Source: an uncultured virus (IMG/VR IMGVR_UViG_3300046171_000179) (lineage: Duplodnaviria; Heunggongvirae; Uroviricota; Caudoviricetes; Crassvirales). From it: 20,000 nucleotides of DNA. Below are positions 1 to 8,305 of this stretch, one piece after another. Under the pieces are notes generated by a model that searched no databases, was not told the origin of the DNA, and saw only the letters and a program-made list of their open reading frames with translations. The stretch lies in IMG/VR virus record IMGVR_UViG_3300046171_000179. One strand, given 5' to 3'. Position 1 is the first letter of the stretch. Every line of letters begins with the position of its first letter. A program made the position numbers and the translations under genes.

Positions 1-43
1 CTGCAAATAAGGTAGAAAAATCTGCATAATTAATAATAATAAC

Positions 44-991
44 ATGGCAAAAAAACTTAGTAGAAGAGAAGAAAAATTAGCTGCAATACGTAAGGCAGAT
101 AGGGATCGCGATAGTGAGTTTGATAATCTAACTTTTGAAGAAGGTAGAGGAGCAATAAAAACAAGAGAAAGAGTCGGTCAATATAAAAGAAACAGACAAG
201 GGGCTAGAGATATGTCTGGCTCTAAAATAAAAAGAGGAGATCAAACTGAAACTTATAAAAAATCAGATGATTCAACAGAAACTTTTGATAGGTTAGAATC
301 TGGTGCAGATAAAAAAACAAGAAGTAAAAGAAAACAAAGAGCATTAGATAGAGAAACTTTAAGAGATGCTAGAAGAGAAAGAAGAGCGACTAGAATAGCG
401 GATAGAAAAGGTATGAGTGTTAGCCAGGCTCAAGACTTTATGAATAATCGTAAAGATAGATTAAATGCCGCTATGGGTGAATTTGGCAAAGGTTTATTTG
501 GAATAGAGCAAGATCTTAGTAGAATAAAAGATAGAGAATATAGAAAAAGAGGTAAAGGTACTAGGGCGGAAGATTATAAACCTTTTGCTGATTCAAACAC
601 TAGAACTAAAAGTACATATTACGATAATGTTATTGGAAAAGAAGATTTAAAAAAATCTAATGTAACTTTAGAGGGTGGTGAAATAAAAATACCTAAATTT
701 AAACCAATAAAAAAACCCGGTAAACCAAAAACAGAACAACCAAAACAAACTATTGAATTAACTAAAAGTAATTTAGAAAATACTTTAGACCCCACTACTG
801 TTTATTCAGCAAGAACAACTGGTAATACTTTTGATCCTTCTATTTTTACAGAATCTCAACAAAAAGAAAATAAAAAGAGAGATCAAGACATGGAAGGTGG
901 TGTTGACAAAGAGTATGTAGGTCCATTTAGTAAATTAGATAGAAGTACCATGCAGGAAAATATGTCGAGTATTAAAGGCAGAAGAGGATAA
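44..991 (+). CDS. Hypothetical Lys/Arg-rich, low-complexity protein (probably last gene of a convergent late/virion operon)
   Basis: 315-aa ORF with an A-rich leader (TAATAATAATAAC-ATG); highly charged, no recognisable motif; ends just before the hairpin terminator. Confidence 0.75.
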   Translation: MAKKLSRREEKLAAIRKADRDRDSEFDNLTFEEGRGAIKTRERVGQYKRNRQGARDMSGSKIKRGDQTETYKKSDDSTETFDRLESGADKKTRSKRKQRALDRETLRDARRERRATRIADRKGMSVSQAQDFMNNRKDRLNAAMGEFGKGLFGIEQDLSRIKDREYRKRGKGTRAEDYKPFADSNTRTKSTYYDNVIGKEDLKKSNVTLEGGEIKIPKFKPIKKPGKPKTEQPKQTIELTKSNLENTLDPTTVYSARTTGNTFDPSIFTESQQKENKKRDQDMEGGVDKEYVGPFSKLDRSTMQENMSSIKGRRG

Positions 992-993
992 AT

Positions 994-1032
994 AAAAAAA
1001 GGGGAGCAAACCATTACGGCAAGCTCCCCTTT
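994..1032. terminator. Intrinsic terminator between convergent transcription units, probably bidirectional
   Basis: Stem AAAGGGGAGC (998-1007) pairs with GCTCCCCTTT (1023-1032); A7 run at 994-1000 gives a U-tract on the minus strand; lies between two converging stop codons. Confidence 0.85.
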
Positions 1033-1046
1033 AACTGTTTATAATA

Positions 1047-1271
1047 TTAACCTAATATTAATCCGATTATAATACCAGCTATAGGACCTAACACTGCCCA
1101 CAGCTCTAATATTCTAATCTTCTTTAACTCTGCATTTGTAAAAACATTATCAGACGTATCTAATATAACATCTCCAGCTTTTTGTTTAAGCTCTTCTGTT
1201 TTTTGTTTTAACTCTTCTTCTAATTGTTTAATTTGTTTTTTTGCATCCGCAAAAGTAAATTTACTAGCCAT
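1047..1271 (-). CDS. Small coiled-coil protein with C-terminal membrane anchor
   Basis: Heptad-like IKQLEEELKQKTEELKQK followed by hydrophobic LWAVLGPIAGIIIGLILG. Confidence 0.7.
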   Translation of the reverse strand: MASKFTFADAKKQIKQLEEELKQKTEELKQKAGDVILDTSDNVFTNAELKKIRILELWAVLGPIAGIIIGLILG

Positions 1272-1292
1272 TGTTTTAGTTTTAATTATTAA

Positions 1293-3035
1293 TTATCCAT
1301 CACAGGATATACAGTTTGGATCCATAGCTTTAGCAGCTATATCACCTCTTAGAACTGATTCAGTTCTCATATAATAAAGAGTTTTTATACCCCTTTTCCA
1401 AGCTTCAAAATGGACTTTATTAACCCATCTTGGCTCAGCCTCCGCAGGAAATGCTAGATTTAATGATACTGATTGATCAATATAATCTTGCCGTATTCCA
1501 GCTTGTCCAACTAACTCCAGTTGGTTTATCTCTTTAAACGTTTTATAAACGTTCTTGACAGACTCGCCTTCTTCTTGAGTTAGTCGTCCGAGGTGGTCGT
1601 AAAACCATCCATCGAGTTCTTTAATTCCTTGAATGGATCCACCATCTTCCAGAATTTTATCCCAAGTTTCTTTGGTATCAATACCAACTTTCTTAAGTAC
1701 TTTCCTAAGTTCATTGTTTTTTCTTATAAATGTTCCTTTAGCTGATTGTTCTGTAAAAACATTAGCTGCCCAAGGCTCTATGCCTGGCGATATGTTACCA
1801 CTTAATTTACTATTAGAAACTGTAGGCGCTACAGATCTTAAATGTGTATTTCTAAAACCTGTACCTACACACCACAAAGGCTCACCATATATCTCAGCAA
1901 GCTTACGTGATGCTCTTTCTGTTTCAATTTTAATCTTACTGAATATTTCTCTAGTTTTAAACTGAGCTAAAAGCCCTTCAAAAGCTATTCCCTTCTTCTG
2001 TAACAGCGTGTGCCAGCCTAATACACCTAAACCTATGGCTCGGCCTTTTTCCGCTGATCTAATAGCGTTTTCAAAGCCTTTCATATTCTTAGCTTTTTGT
2101 ATAAACTCCTCCATTACACCATCTAAAAACCATGTAGCATCATAGATAAGATTAGTATTTTTCCACTCATCGTATTTAGCAAGATTTAAAGATGACAAGC
2201 AACAAACAAAACTGTGGCTTTCATCTGTATGTAGTGTTATTTCACTACATATATTAGTCATATGTACCTTTAAGCTATTCGACTTGTAAGCAGGTGGATT
2301 AGCCTTGTTCGTATTACCTTTAAAGAGGATATACGGCTCCCCAGTAGCTTTACGTTTTTGGAGTAGCTTGGACCATCTTTGTCGTGCTTCTTGATCTCCG
2401 CTCTCGAGCTTTCGCATAAACTTATCGCCAACGACAGCACACTGATGTAGGTTAAGAGATTGCCTGTTGACGTCACCTTTAGGTTCTCTAATTTCCAACC
2501 ATTCATCAAAATCAGAGTGTTCGATATTGAGATTAACGGATGCAGCTCCTCTACGTACTGATCCTTGATTGGTCGCGAGTATAGTTGAGTCATAGATTTT
2601 GCAAAAAGGGACAACTCCATCTGATGTTCCATTACCTGTAATTTTAGATCCGGCAGGGCGTATCATATTGATGCCTATACCTACTCCGCCGCCGTGTTTA
2701 GCAAGTAGCATCATTTCTAAGTTCTTGTTACCTATATCATTTATGCTATCAGCAACATCAATACCAAAACAAGAGATAGGTAAACCTCTGTCTGTACCTG
2801 TATTAGATAACACAGGTGATGCTAAACATAGCCAGCCTTTCCAGATGTAGTCAAAAAACTGTTCTGCTAGCTCTGGTTTATATAACCTTCTAGCAACAGC
2901 ATTTGAAACACGCGTGTAAGCTTCTCTAGGTGATTCACCCATCAAAAGATATCCACCGATAATAGTTTTCTTATAAACATCAGTATCACCCCAGTTAGGA
3001 TAATCTACACCTTTTTTCCAATCGTTATTCCACAT
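1293..3035 (-). CDS. nrdA: Class I ribonucleotide reductase large subunit, no ATP cone
   Basis: Motifs ISCF, GGGVG, NQGSVRRGA, NICSEI (NxCxE), VCCLSSLNL, APTVSNS, TLYY and C-terminal CISCDG. Confidence 0.97.
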   Translation of the reverse strand: MWNNDWKKGVDYPNWGDTDVYKKTIIGGYLLMGESPREAYTRVSNAVARRLYKPELAEQFFDYIWKGWLCLASPVLSNTGTDRGLPISCFGIDVADSINDIGNKNLEMMLLAKHGGGVGIGINMIRPAGSKITGNGTSDGVVPFCKIYDSTILATNQGSVRRGAASVNLNIEHSDFDEWLEIREPKGDVNRQSLNLHQCAVVGDKFMRKLESGDQEARQRWSKLLQKRKATGEPYILFKGNTNKANPPAYKSNSLKVHMTNICSEITLHTDESHSFVCCLSSLNLAKYDEWKNTNLIYDATWFLDGVMEEFIQKAKNMKGFENAIRSAEKGRAIGLGVLGWHTLLQKKGIAFEGLLAQFKTREIFSKIKIETERASRKLAEIYGEPLWCVGTGFRNTHLRSVAPTVSNSKLSGNISPGIEPWAANVFTEQSAKGTFIRKNNELRKVLKKVGIDTKETWDKILEDGGSIQGIKELDGWFYDHLGRLTQEEGESVKNVYKTFKEINQLELVGQAGIRQDYIDQSVSLNLAFPAEAEPRWVNKVHFEAWKRGIKTLYYMRTESVLRGDIAAKAMDPNCISCDG

Positions 3036-3171
3036 TTTTTTTATTTTTATTGTATTCTTCTACAAACTTTAAAGCATCATCTAAATGCTTTTCTTCCCAA
3101 TGAATTCTATATTCATATCCGCCAGGAAAAACAGCATCACACTGACTACATTTTATTATATTCTTAGGCAT
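3025..3171 (-). CDS. 48-aa C2H2 zinc-finger protein (not in the ORF track)
   Basis: Hand translation MPKNIIKCSQCDAVFPGGYEYRIHWEEKHLDDALKFVEEYNKNKKNVE fits C-x2-C-x3-F-x5-Y-x2-H-x4-H; overlaps both neighbouring genes and fills the gap between them. Confidence 0.75.
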   Translation of the reverse strand: MPKNIIKCSQCDAVFPGGYEYRIHWEEKHLDDALKFVEEYNKNKKNVE

Positions 3172-3517
3172 TGTATAAATATATAGTATATCCTATCATT
3201 ACATTAATATTTACAGCTACTAAATTCCATTGTTTAGCTAACCAAACTTGAGGAATAGATATTAAACCGCCTAATATATAAATAATTGGACCTATATTAC
3301 CAGAGCTTAATATATAAGGAGCTATCATAATAAAAGCAGTTCCCATATAACCAAGTCTTTGAGCTAATCTTTCTTTAGCACTTAAACGCCTGTCCTGTAC
3401 AAGTAATCTTAAAAAGCTTTTTTTCCATCTAAACTCACATCTCATACAGGTTTTTTTACCAGTATGTTTAAACTTAGATTCTTTCTTTTTTTTCTTACAT
3501 ATATTACACTCTCTCAT
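3164..3517 (-). CDS. Small membrane protein with N-terminal Cys4 motif and about three TM helices containing a PQ motif
   Basis: CNIC...CMRC, then hydrophobic segments with ISIPQVW; likely start at 3517, a TAATG overlap with the nrdB stop. Confidence 0.7.
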   Translation of the reverse strand: MRECNICKKKKKESKFKHTGKKTCMRCEFRWKKSFLRLLVQDRRLSAKERLAQRLGYMGTAFIMIAPYILSSGNIGPIIYILGGLISIPQVWLAKQWNLVAVNINVMIGYTIYLYNA

Positions 3518-4485
3518 TACCAAATATCTTCAAAATCTTCTCCTTCATTTGCTTTGGAATAATCTGTGGGACGTACAGCAAAAAAGTCAGTATGAGTGTG
3601 GCCACCAGTGAGATGGTAAAACCAATCGAGTCTGCTTGCTGCTTTGTCATCGTACTTAAAGTACTTCCCGAGGTGCTTGTATCCAAGCTCAAGCAGTTTT
3701 TCATTAAGTCTTTTTCTAATAAATTGTTTGAGATCGTAGGCTTTAAGGTTTTCAATATCTCCTTGTTCGAACATTTTATCAATGTATCGCTCTTCTGCTT
3801 TAAGCATTGCTTCTGCTGCATTTGTAACATCTTTTTTACAGTCTTCTAATAAATGATTATCTTCTTGACACATGTGTCTAAATAATTGGCAACCCATTTT
3901 ACTGTGTAGTGATTCATCGCGAACAGACCACTTCATTTGTTGACCAATACCTTTTAAAAGGTTTCTTAATTGGAAGCTATATAACACAGCAAAAGCAGAA
4001 TATAAACTAACTCCTTCAGCAAAAGCGCTAAAAATAGCCAACGATTTTGCAATACCAACTCTATCAGTTCCTTCATAGCTAACTAAGGTATTAAAACGTT
4101 CCATTGTAGCTTCATCTTGTAAGAAAGCTTCAAAATCTTCTAGGCCTAATGTTTCATTAAGATAACTATAAGCAACCGCGTGTATAGTTTCTTGGCTACC
4201 AAACATCATAGCCATTTGTTTTATCTCATGCTTAGGAAACCACGATACAACTTTTTGGGTCCAATAATCAGATACCGCACACTCAGTTTGCGCAAATCCC
4301 AAAAGTATATTTCCAACCAAGTTCTTCTCTGCTTTGGTAAGCTTTTCGTTCCAATCCTTGACATCACCTGACATCGGTATCTCGGTATGAAGCCAGAATG
4401 CTTGAGCTTGTTTAAGCCATCCCTCAGTATAGTACTCTGGATATTCAAACGGTTTGTATGCAATTCTTTCATCAAATAATCCCAT
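3517..4485 (-). CDS. nrdB: Class I ribonucleotide reductase small subunit
   Basis: Ferritin-like ligand motifs QTECAV, ETIHAVAY, AEGVSLYSAF, RDESLH; C-terminal DFFAVRPTDY; same operon as nrdA. Confidence 0.97.
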   Translation of the reverse strand: MGLFDERIAYKPFEYPEYYTEGWLKQAQAFWLHTEIPMSGDVKDWNEKLTKAEKNLVGNILLGFAQTECAVSDYWTQKVVSWFPKHEIKQMAMMFGSQETIHAVAYSYLNETLGLEDFEAFLQDEATMERFNTLVSYEGTDRVGIAKSLAIFSAFAEGVSLYSAFAVLYSFQLRNLLKGIGQQMKWSVRDESLHSKMGCQLFRHMCQEDNHLLEDCKKDVTNAAEAMLKAEERYIDKMFEQGDIENLKAYDLKQFIRKRLNEKLLELGYKHLGKYFKYDDKAASRLDWFYHLTGGHTHTDFFAVRPTDYSKANEGEDFEDIW

Positions 4486-4704
4486 TTATACTTCTAGTTT
4501 TTTATCTTCTTGTTCTTTTTTCTTTTCTTCAAACATTTTAGTTAATTCTTTTAATGCTTTTTTATAACCTGGTAAAAGTTTAACTAACTCAGTTGTACCA
4601 ACTGATATATCTTTCATTGTATTTAACTCTTGGATAATTCTATTTAATACATTACCCATTGTGTCTATTTTATTAGACATTTCTATTAACTTATTTTCTT
4701 TCAT
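4486..4704 (-). CDS. Hypothetical protein, coiled-coil
   Basis: 72-aa ORF abutting the nrdB start; ATGA overlap with the upstream ORF. Confidence 0.7.
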   Translation of the reverse strand: MKENKLIEMSNKIDTMGNVLNRIIQELNTMKDISVGTTELVKLLPGYKKALKELTKMFEEKKKEQEDKKLEV

Positions 4705-4850
4705 ATAAATAATTTTTTACCTAATATTAAAGGACTAGCATCTTTGTTATGATTAACTTCATAATGACTATCAAACTCTTTAATTAATATAGGTTTGTTT
4801 TTAAATCTTCTAGGATATTTCTCTAGTATATATTGTTTTAATTTATCCAT
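4701..4850 (-). CDS. Small hypothetical protein (49 aa)
   Basis: Hand translation MDKLKQYILEKYPRRF...GKKLFI; overlaps both neighbours. Confidence 0.6.
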   Translation of the reverse strand: MDKLKQYILEKYPRRFKNKPILIKEFDSHYEVNHNKDASPLILGKKLFI

Positions 4851-4980
4851 AATAAACTGTTATACATAATTCCACAAAAGGTAAATAAAAAACATGTTCT
4901 ACAAATGTTTCCTCTGGATAACTTCTCATACCTATGAGCATTCCAGGATATAATCCAACACTAATTTCCCATCCTGTCAT
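4843..4980 (-). CDS. Small hypothetical protein (45 aa)
   Basis: Hand translation MTGWEISVGLYPGMLIGMRSY...ITVYYG; tightly packed in the operon. Confidence 0.6.
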   Translation of the reverse strand: MTGWEISVGLYPGMLIGMRSYPEETFVEHVFYLPFVELCITVYYG

Positions 4981-5164
4981 TTTTCTGTTCTTTTAAATAG
5001 TAGTTTAACATAGTCATGTGAAACTTTATACGTTCAGCGTAATGCTCACGTAGTGTAAAATCCGTGTTTGTTTCCGATAGATTCGATGTCAGAATATCTG
5101 ATTGGTCCATTTTTTGATTTTATATAATTATTAATATCTTTTTGTAATATTCTACGAGAATACA

Positions 5165-5617
5165 TTATCCTTGCTTCTTTCTTTTTTCTTTGATCAGAAT
5201 CATCGTGTAGTCTACTTCCTTCTGGTTTTGCGGCTTGTAAAGCGTCTTTCCAATCTTGTTTTTCGTGAGCCATAGTTTAAATAATTTCCATCTTATAGGG
5301 AAAGACTCATTAGCCCTTCCCTTACATTCTATTATGTAGTCTTTTCCAACAAAGTCAGGTGTATACTTAATTCCCAACATTTTCTTTTGCCCTCTGTTAG
5401 TATATTCACCCTTTCCGTTCGCTTGTTTTTCAAAAGATTCATTGTTAAAATTAAATCCTTCGATAAGCTGGAAAACTTCATTTTCATATCCTTCAAATAA
5501 TTTGTTTTTTTTAAGAGCCATATAAGTATATCTCTCTAAACCTGATGCAAAGTTAATACCATCATAAGTAATTTTCTTAGATTGTACTGGTCCTTTTTTT
5601 CTAGATCTTTTTTTCAT
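5165..5617 (-). CDS. PD-(D/E)XK endonuclease, T7 endonuclease I-like / Holliday junction resolvase-like
   Basis: FASGLE...YE...YTPDF...IIECKG pattern. Confidence 0.8.
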   Translation of the reverse strand: MKKRSRKKGPVQSKKITYDGINFASGLERYTYMALKKNKLFEGYENEVFQLIEGFNFNNESFEKQANGKGEYTNRGQKKMLGIKYTPDFVGKDYIIECKGRANESFPIRWKLFKLWLTKNKIGKTLYKPQNQKEVDYTMILIKEKRKKQG

Positions 5618-6492
5618 TAAGTTCTGTTTGATACAAACGAAGGAGGTGGTCCTGGATCTGGATAATCAGACAAACTGTCTTTTGGATCTGCATAAACAAA
5701 AGTAGGATCATTATCTTTTACAAAAGTTCCATTAACCATTTTACCCGTACGTTTAGATATAACATCATAAGCTGAGCTTATACAACTTTCTATATGTACA
5801 CCTCTCATGTAAGCTAAGTTTGTTAACACCACAACCATGTCTCCTATAGCGTCTATAACCTCAGGTTGATCATTTTTTAACAAAGCTTTAGCTAACTCTC
5901 CTGCCTCTTCTTGAAGCTTAACATATTGTGTAGTAGCATTACCTTTATCATACAAGCCTCTTTCTTTAGCCCATTGTCTTATTTTTTCAAACATTTTCAT
6001 AGGTTTTTTCTCACAACCTTGTTTTTGAAAAGGACCAGCTTCGTGCATGGCTTTGTTATAAACATAACAACGGTTATTATTAAACATAGATGTTTTAACG
6101 TTATCTAATATCCACTCTATTTTATCTGTAGCATTTATATTTACAGTTCCGTGTGGTGTTTCCCATTGTAAATCACCTAAAAATCTACCATCAATATCTT
6201 CTTTAGATATAGCAAATGTAGTTGTTTGCTCTGTTACGTTTACTTTTTTCATTTCTTTATTAAATAATTTATCATAAGGTTTCATATCTACTTTATAGCC
6301 TAGATCTTTCTGTAAAGTTCTTTCAGCTTTAGCAGCTTCTTTTATATCGTCTGTTTCAAATAATATTTCATATTCACCAGGTTTATAACCTTGTTCTTCT
6401 TCAACACGTTTTTTTATGTTTTTAGTACAACCTATTTTTTTACCAAGTATATGATATATTTTATATTTACCTTTTTTTACCTCTATATTCAT
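5617..6492 (-). CDS. MazG-like NTP pyrophosphohydrolase with an N-terminal GIY-YIG-like domain
   Basis: C-terminal IRQWAKERGL...KLQEEAGELAKA...DAIGDMVVVL (EExxE...D all-alpha NTP-PPase motif); N-terminal YKIYHI...KIGCTKNIKKR...AE. Confidence 0.8.
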   Translation of the reverse strand: MNIEVKKGKYKIYHILGKKIGCTKNIKKRVEEEQGYKPGEYEILFETDDIKEAAKAERTLQKDLGYKVDMKPYDKLFNKEMKKVNVTEQTTTFAISKEDIDGRFLGDLQWETPHGTVNINATDKIEWILDNVKTSMFNNNRCYVYNKAMHEAGPFQKQGCEKKPMKMFEKIRQWAKERGLYDKGNATTQYVKLQEEAGELAKALLKNDQPEVIDAIGDMVVVLTNLAYMRGVHIESCISSAYDVISKRTGKMVNGTFVKDNDPTFVYADPKDSLSDYPDPGPPPSFVSNRT

Positions 6493-6494
6493 GT

Positions 6495-6833
6495 TTAATC
6501 TTTATATAGTTCAATAACGTAATAAATATTATTTTTACCTTTAACTATAGCCTCTCCTATTTTAGGATATATACTATAGTTGTATCTATATATATTATCA
6601 TTGTTATATTGATAATCAATTAAAGCGTTTGAATCAGAACTTGATTTAAAACTGCTTTTAACTTTACCATAATATGGCGTGTAATATATATCATTATATG
6701 ATTTACCAACTATTACAGCGTCTTGTACTCGTTCTTGGTAAAAGTCATCATATATATCTATAGTTGAATAACTATAATCTGCTTGAAATTGAGCAAATGT
6801 AAATATTGGGAGTAGTAATAATAATAGTTTCAT
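6495..6833 (-). CDS. Secreted/periplasmic hypothetical protein with Sec signal peptide
   Basis: MKLLLLLLPIFTFA|Q signal peptide with Gln at +1. Confidence 0.7.
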   Translation of the reverse strand: MKLLLLLLPIFTFAQFQADYSYSTIDIYDDFYQERVQDAVIVGKSYNDIYYTPYYGKVKSSFKSSSDSNALIDYQYNNDNIYRYNYSIYPKIGEAIVKGKNNIYYVIELYKD

Positions 6834-6838
6834 ATTTT

Positions 6839-7090
6839 TTAATTTTCATTGTTACGATTAATCATAGCTTCTTCTATCTCATCTTGTAAACATCTTTTAG
6901 CTGCTTCAAGATATAATATAGCGTCCATCATCTCTTCTTGAACGTCAATAATAAATCTATTAAGATCTTTATCTTCACCCTTGATCTCTTCCATCATGGT
7001 TGCACCATATTTCTTTTGACCTGTTAAACTGCGTTGGTCCATTTTTTTTAATACAGTCTGTACTATTTCGTCTTTTGTTTCTATTTGCAT
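6839..7090 (-). CDS. Small all-alpha NTP-pyrophosphatase (MazG-superfamily)-like protein
   Basis: GQKKYGAT...VQEEMMDAILYLE pattern; start moved to the ATG at 7090 (MQIETK), 4 nt after the upstream stop. Confidence 0.6.
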   Translation of the reverse strand: MQIETKDEIVQTVLKKMDQRSLTGQKKYGATMMEEIKGEDKDLNRFIIDVQEEMMDAILYLEAAKRCLQDEIEEAMINRNNEN

Positions 7091-7094
7091 ATTA

Positions 7095-7733
7095 TTATAT
7101 TTTATTGTTATAAAGATGTAAATTGTGTGCGTAATGATAATATTCTCCAACGTCTACAGATACTCTATCTGCAACCATTTTTTGTAGATATGAAAAACAG
7201 TATTGATCAATACAAAAGCCAAACCAGAGATCATTAGATCGCATCAGAACAGCCATGTTTAGTTTGTTATTCAATATAGTAAACTGAACAGCATAAGTAC
7301 AAGGAGTATCCTTACGATATAAGGCATGTTCTTTACCATCGTAAATACTTATAGCTGCGTGCCTAGTATCTTTATCATGTTTTAACTTAGCTATAACATA
7401 ATCTAATTGATAGTTACGTTCCCATTGATATCCATAATTAGAATTAACATGACGATCTATAGACATACGCTCCCATATAGCAGGTACTTTGCCATATAAC
7501 TCTCCAAGCTTATCAATATTATTATCACCTGATAGATACCACTTCCATTCAGCTTCAGCATAATCTATATTAAAGTTTCTTTTTTCATTAGTTATAATAT
7601 TATCTAATGGATCAGATAAAGTAAAACCAACATTAAATAAAGCTTTAGTATCGCCAAAGTTTACACCGTCAGATATTATCTTGTGATAAAAATAATTAAA
7701 AGCATCGTTAGCACAGTGAAATTTAGTTTTCAT
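7095..7733 (-). CDS. Thymidylate-synthase-family enzyme, dCMP hydroxymethylase/methyltransferase-like
   Basis: AEWKWY, VNSNYG, DTRHA, catalytic PC, MRSNDLWFGFCIDQ, NLHLY; Asp where ThyA has the dUMP-specifying Asn. Confidence 0.85.
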   Translation of the reverse strand: MKTKFHCANDAFNYFYHKIISDGVNFGDTKALFNVGFTLSDPLDNIITNEKRNFNIDYAEAEWKWYLSGDNNIDKLGELYGKVPAIWERMSIDRHVNSNYGYQWERNYQLDYVIAKLKHDKDTRHAAISIYDGKEHALYRKDTPCTYAVQFTILNNKLNMAVLMRSNDLWFGFCIDQYCFSYLQKMVADRVSVDVGEYYHYAHNLHLYNNKI

Positions 7734-8025
7734 AAAATGATATTAAGTATTTAAATATAATTGCACTAAAACATAGATAATAAAACAAACCAACAATTTT
7801 AGATATATTATAATATAAAGAATAGTATTTACTTTTTAGCATTATTGTTTCTAAATTAAATAGAATAAATAATAATATACTAAATAATATTATTGCAGGT
7901 TTCAAACCATTAACTTGTCTTAAATCTACATATATAATCAATGATGTTACTGTAAATATAATAATAATTATTGAAAATAAAAAGTTTTTTAAGCTTAAAT
8001 AATTAAACTTTCTTCTGTTTATCAT
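7723..8025 (-). CDS. Hypothetical membrane protein (about 3 TM)
   Basis: Three hydrophobic stretches; very AT-rich; overlaps both neighbours. Confidence 0.55.
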   Translation of the reverse strand: MINRRKFNYLSLKNFLFSIIIIIFTVTSLIIYVDLRQVNGLKPAIILFSILLFILFNLETIMLKSKYYSLYYNISKIVGLFYYLCFSAIIFKYLISFYEN

Positions 8026-8305
8026 AATAGTATTTATATGCGTTCATAACTTCATCCCATATCTGTTTCCAATCATAATGATGTTTAGACTTATAAACTT
8101 TTTTATGTTTACCAGGTTCTGATACACCAACGTGCCATTTACCGTTTTTATTAGTAACAGGTATTGGAGATATTATTATACCTTGTTTTACTCCCCAACT
8201 ATACCACACGCGTTGTTCATCGCTCATCATCCACTCATCGTCTAATAAAAAACCAGACTTTTTTTTCTTAGCAAGCTCTCTTGCTTTTAAAGTACCTACA
8301 CTCAT
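8003..8305 (-). CDS. Hypothetical protein
   Basis: 100-aa ORF starting immediately after the primase-helicase stop. Confidence 0.75.
   Translation of the reverse strand: MSVGTLKARELAKKKKSGFLLDDEWMMSDEQRVWYSWGVKQGIIISPIPVTNKNGKWHVGVSEPGKHKKVYKSKHHYDWKQIWDEVMNAYKYYYDKQKKV

Noticed and set aside
1633..4475. Alternative-frame and antisense ORFs inside nrdA and nrdB (1633-1965, 2270-2632, 2599-2850, 3504-3830, 3592-3849, 4180-4371, 4221-4475)
   Set aside because: They lie within well-supported genes and show no motifs; shadow ORFs.
7095..7733. Ordinary thyA annotation
   Set aside because: The specificity residue is Asp rather than Asn and the motifs are closer to dCMP-modifying enzymes, so no gene symbol was given.
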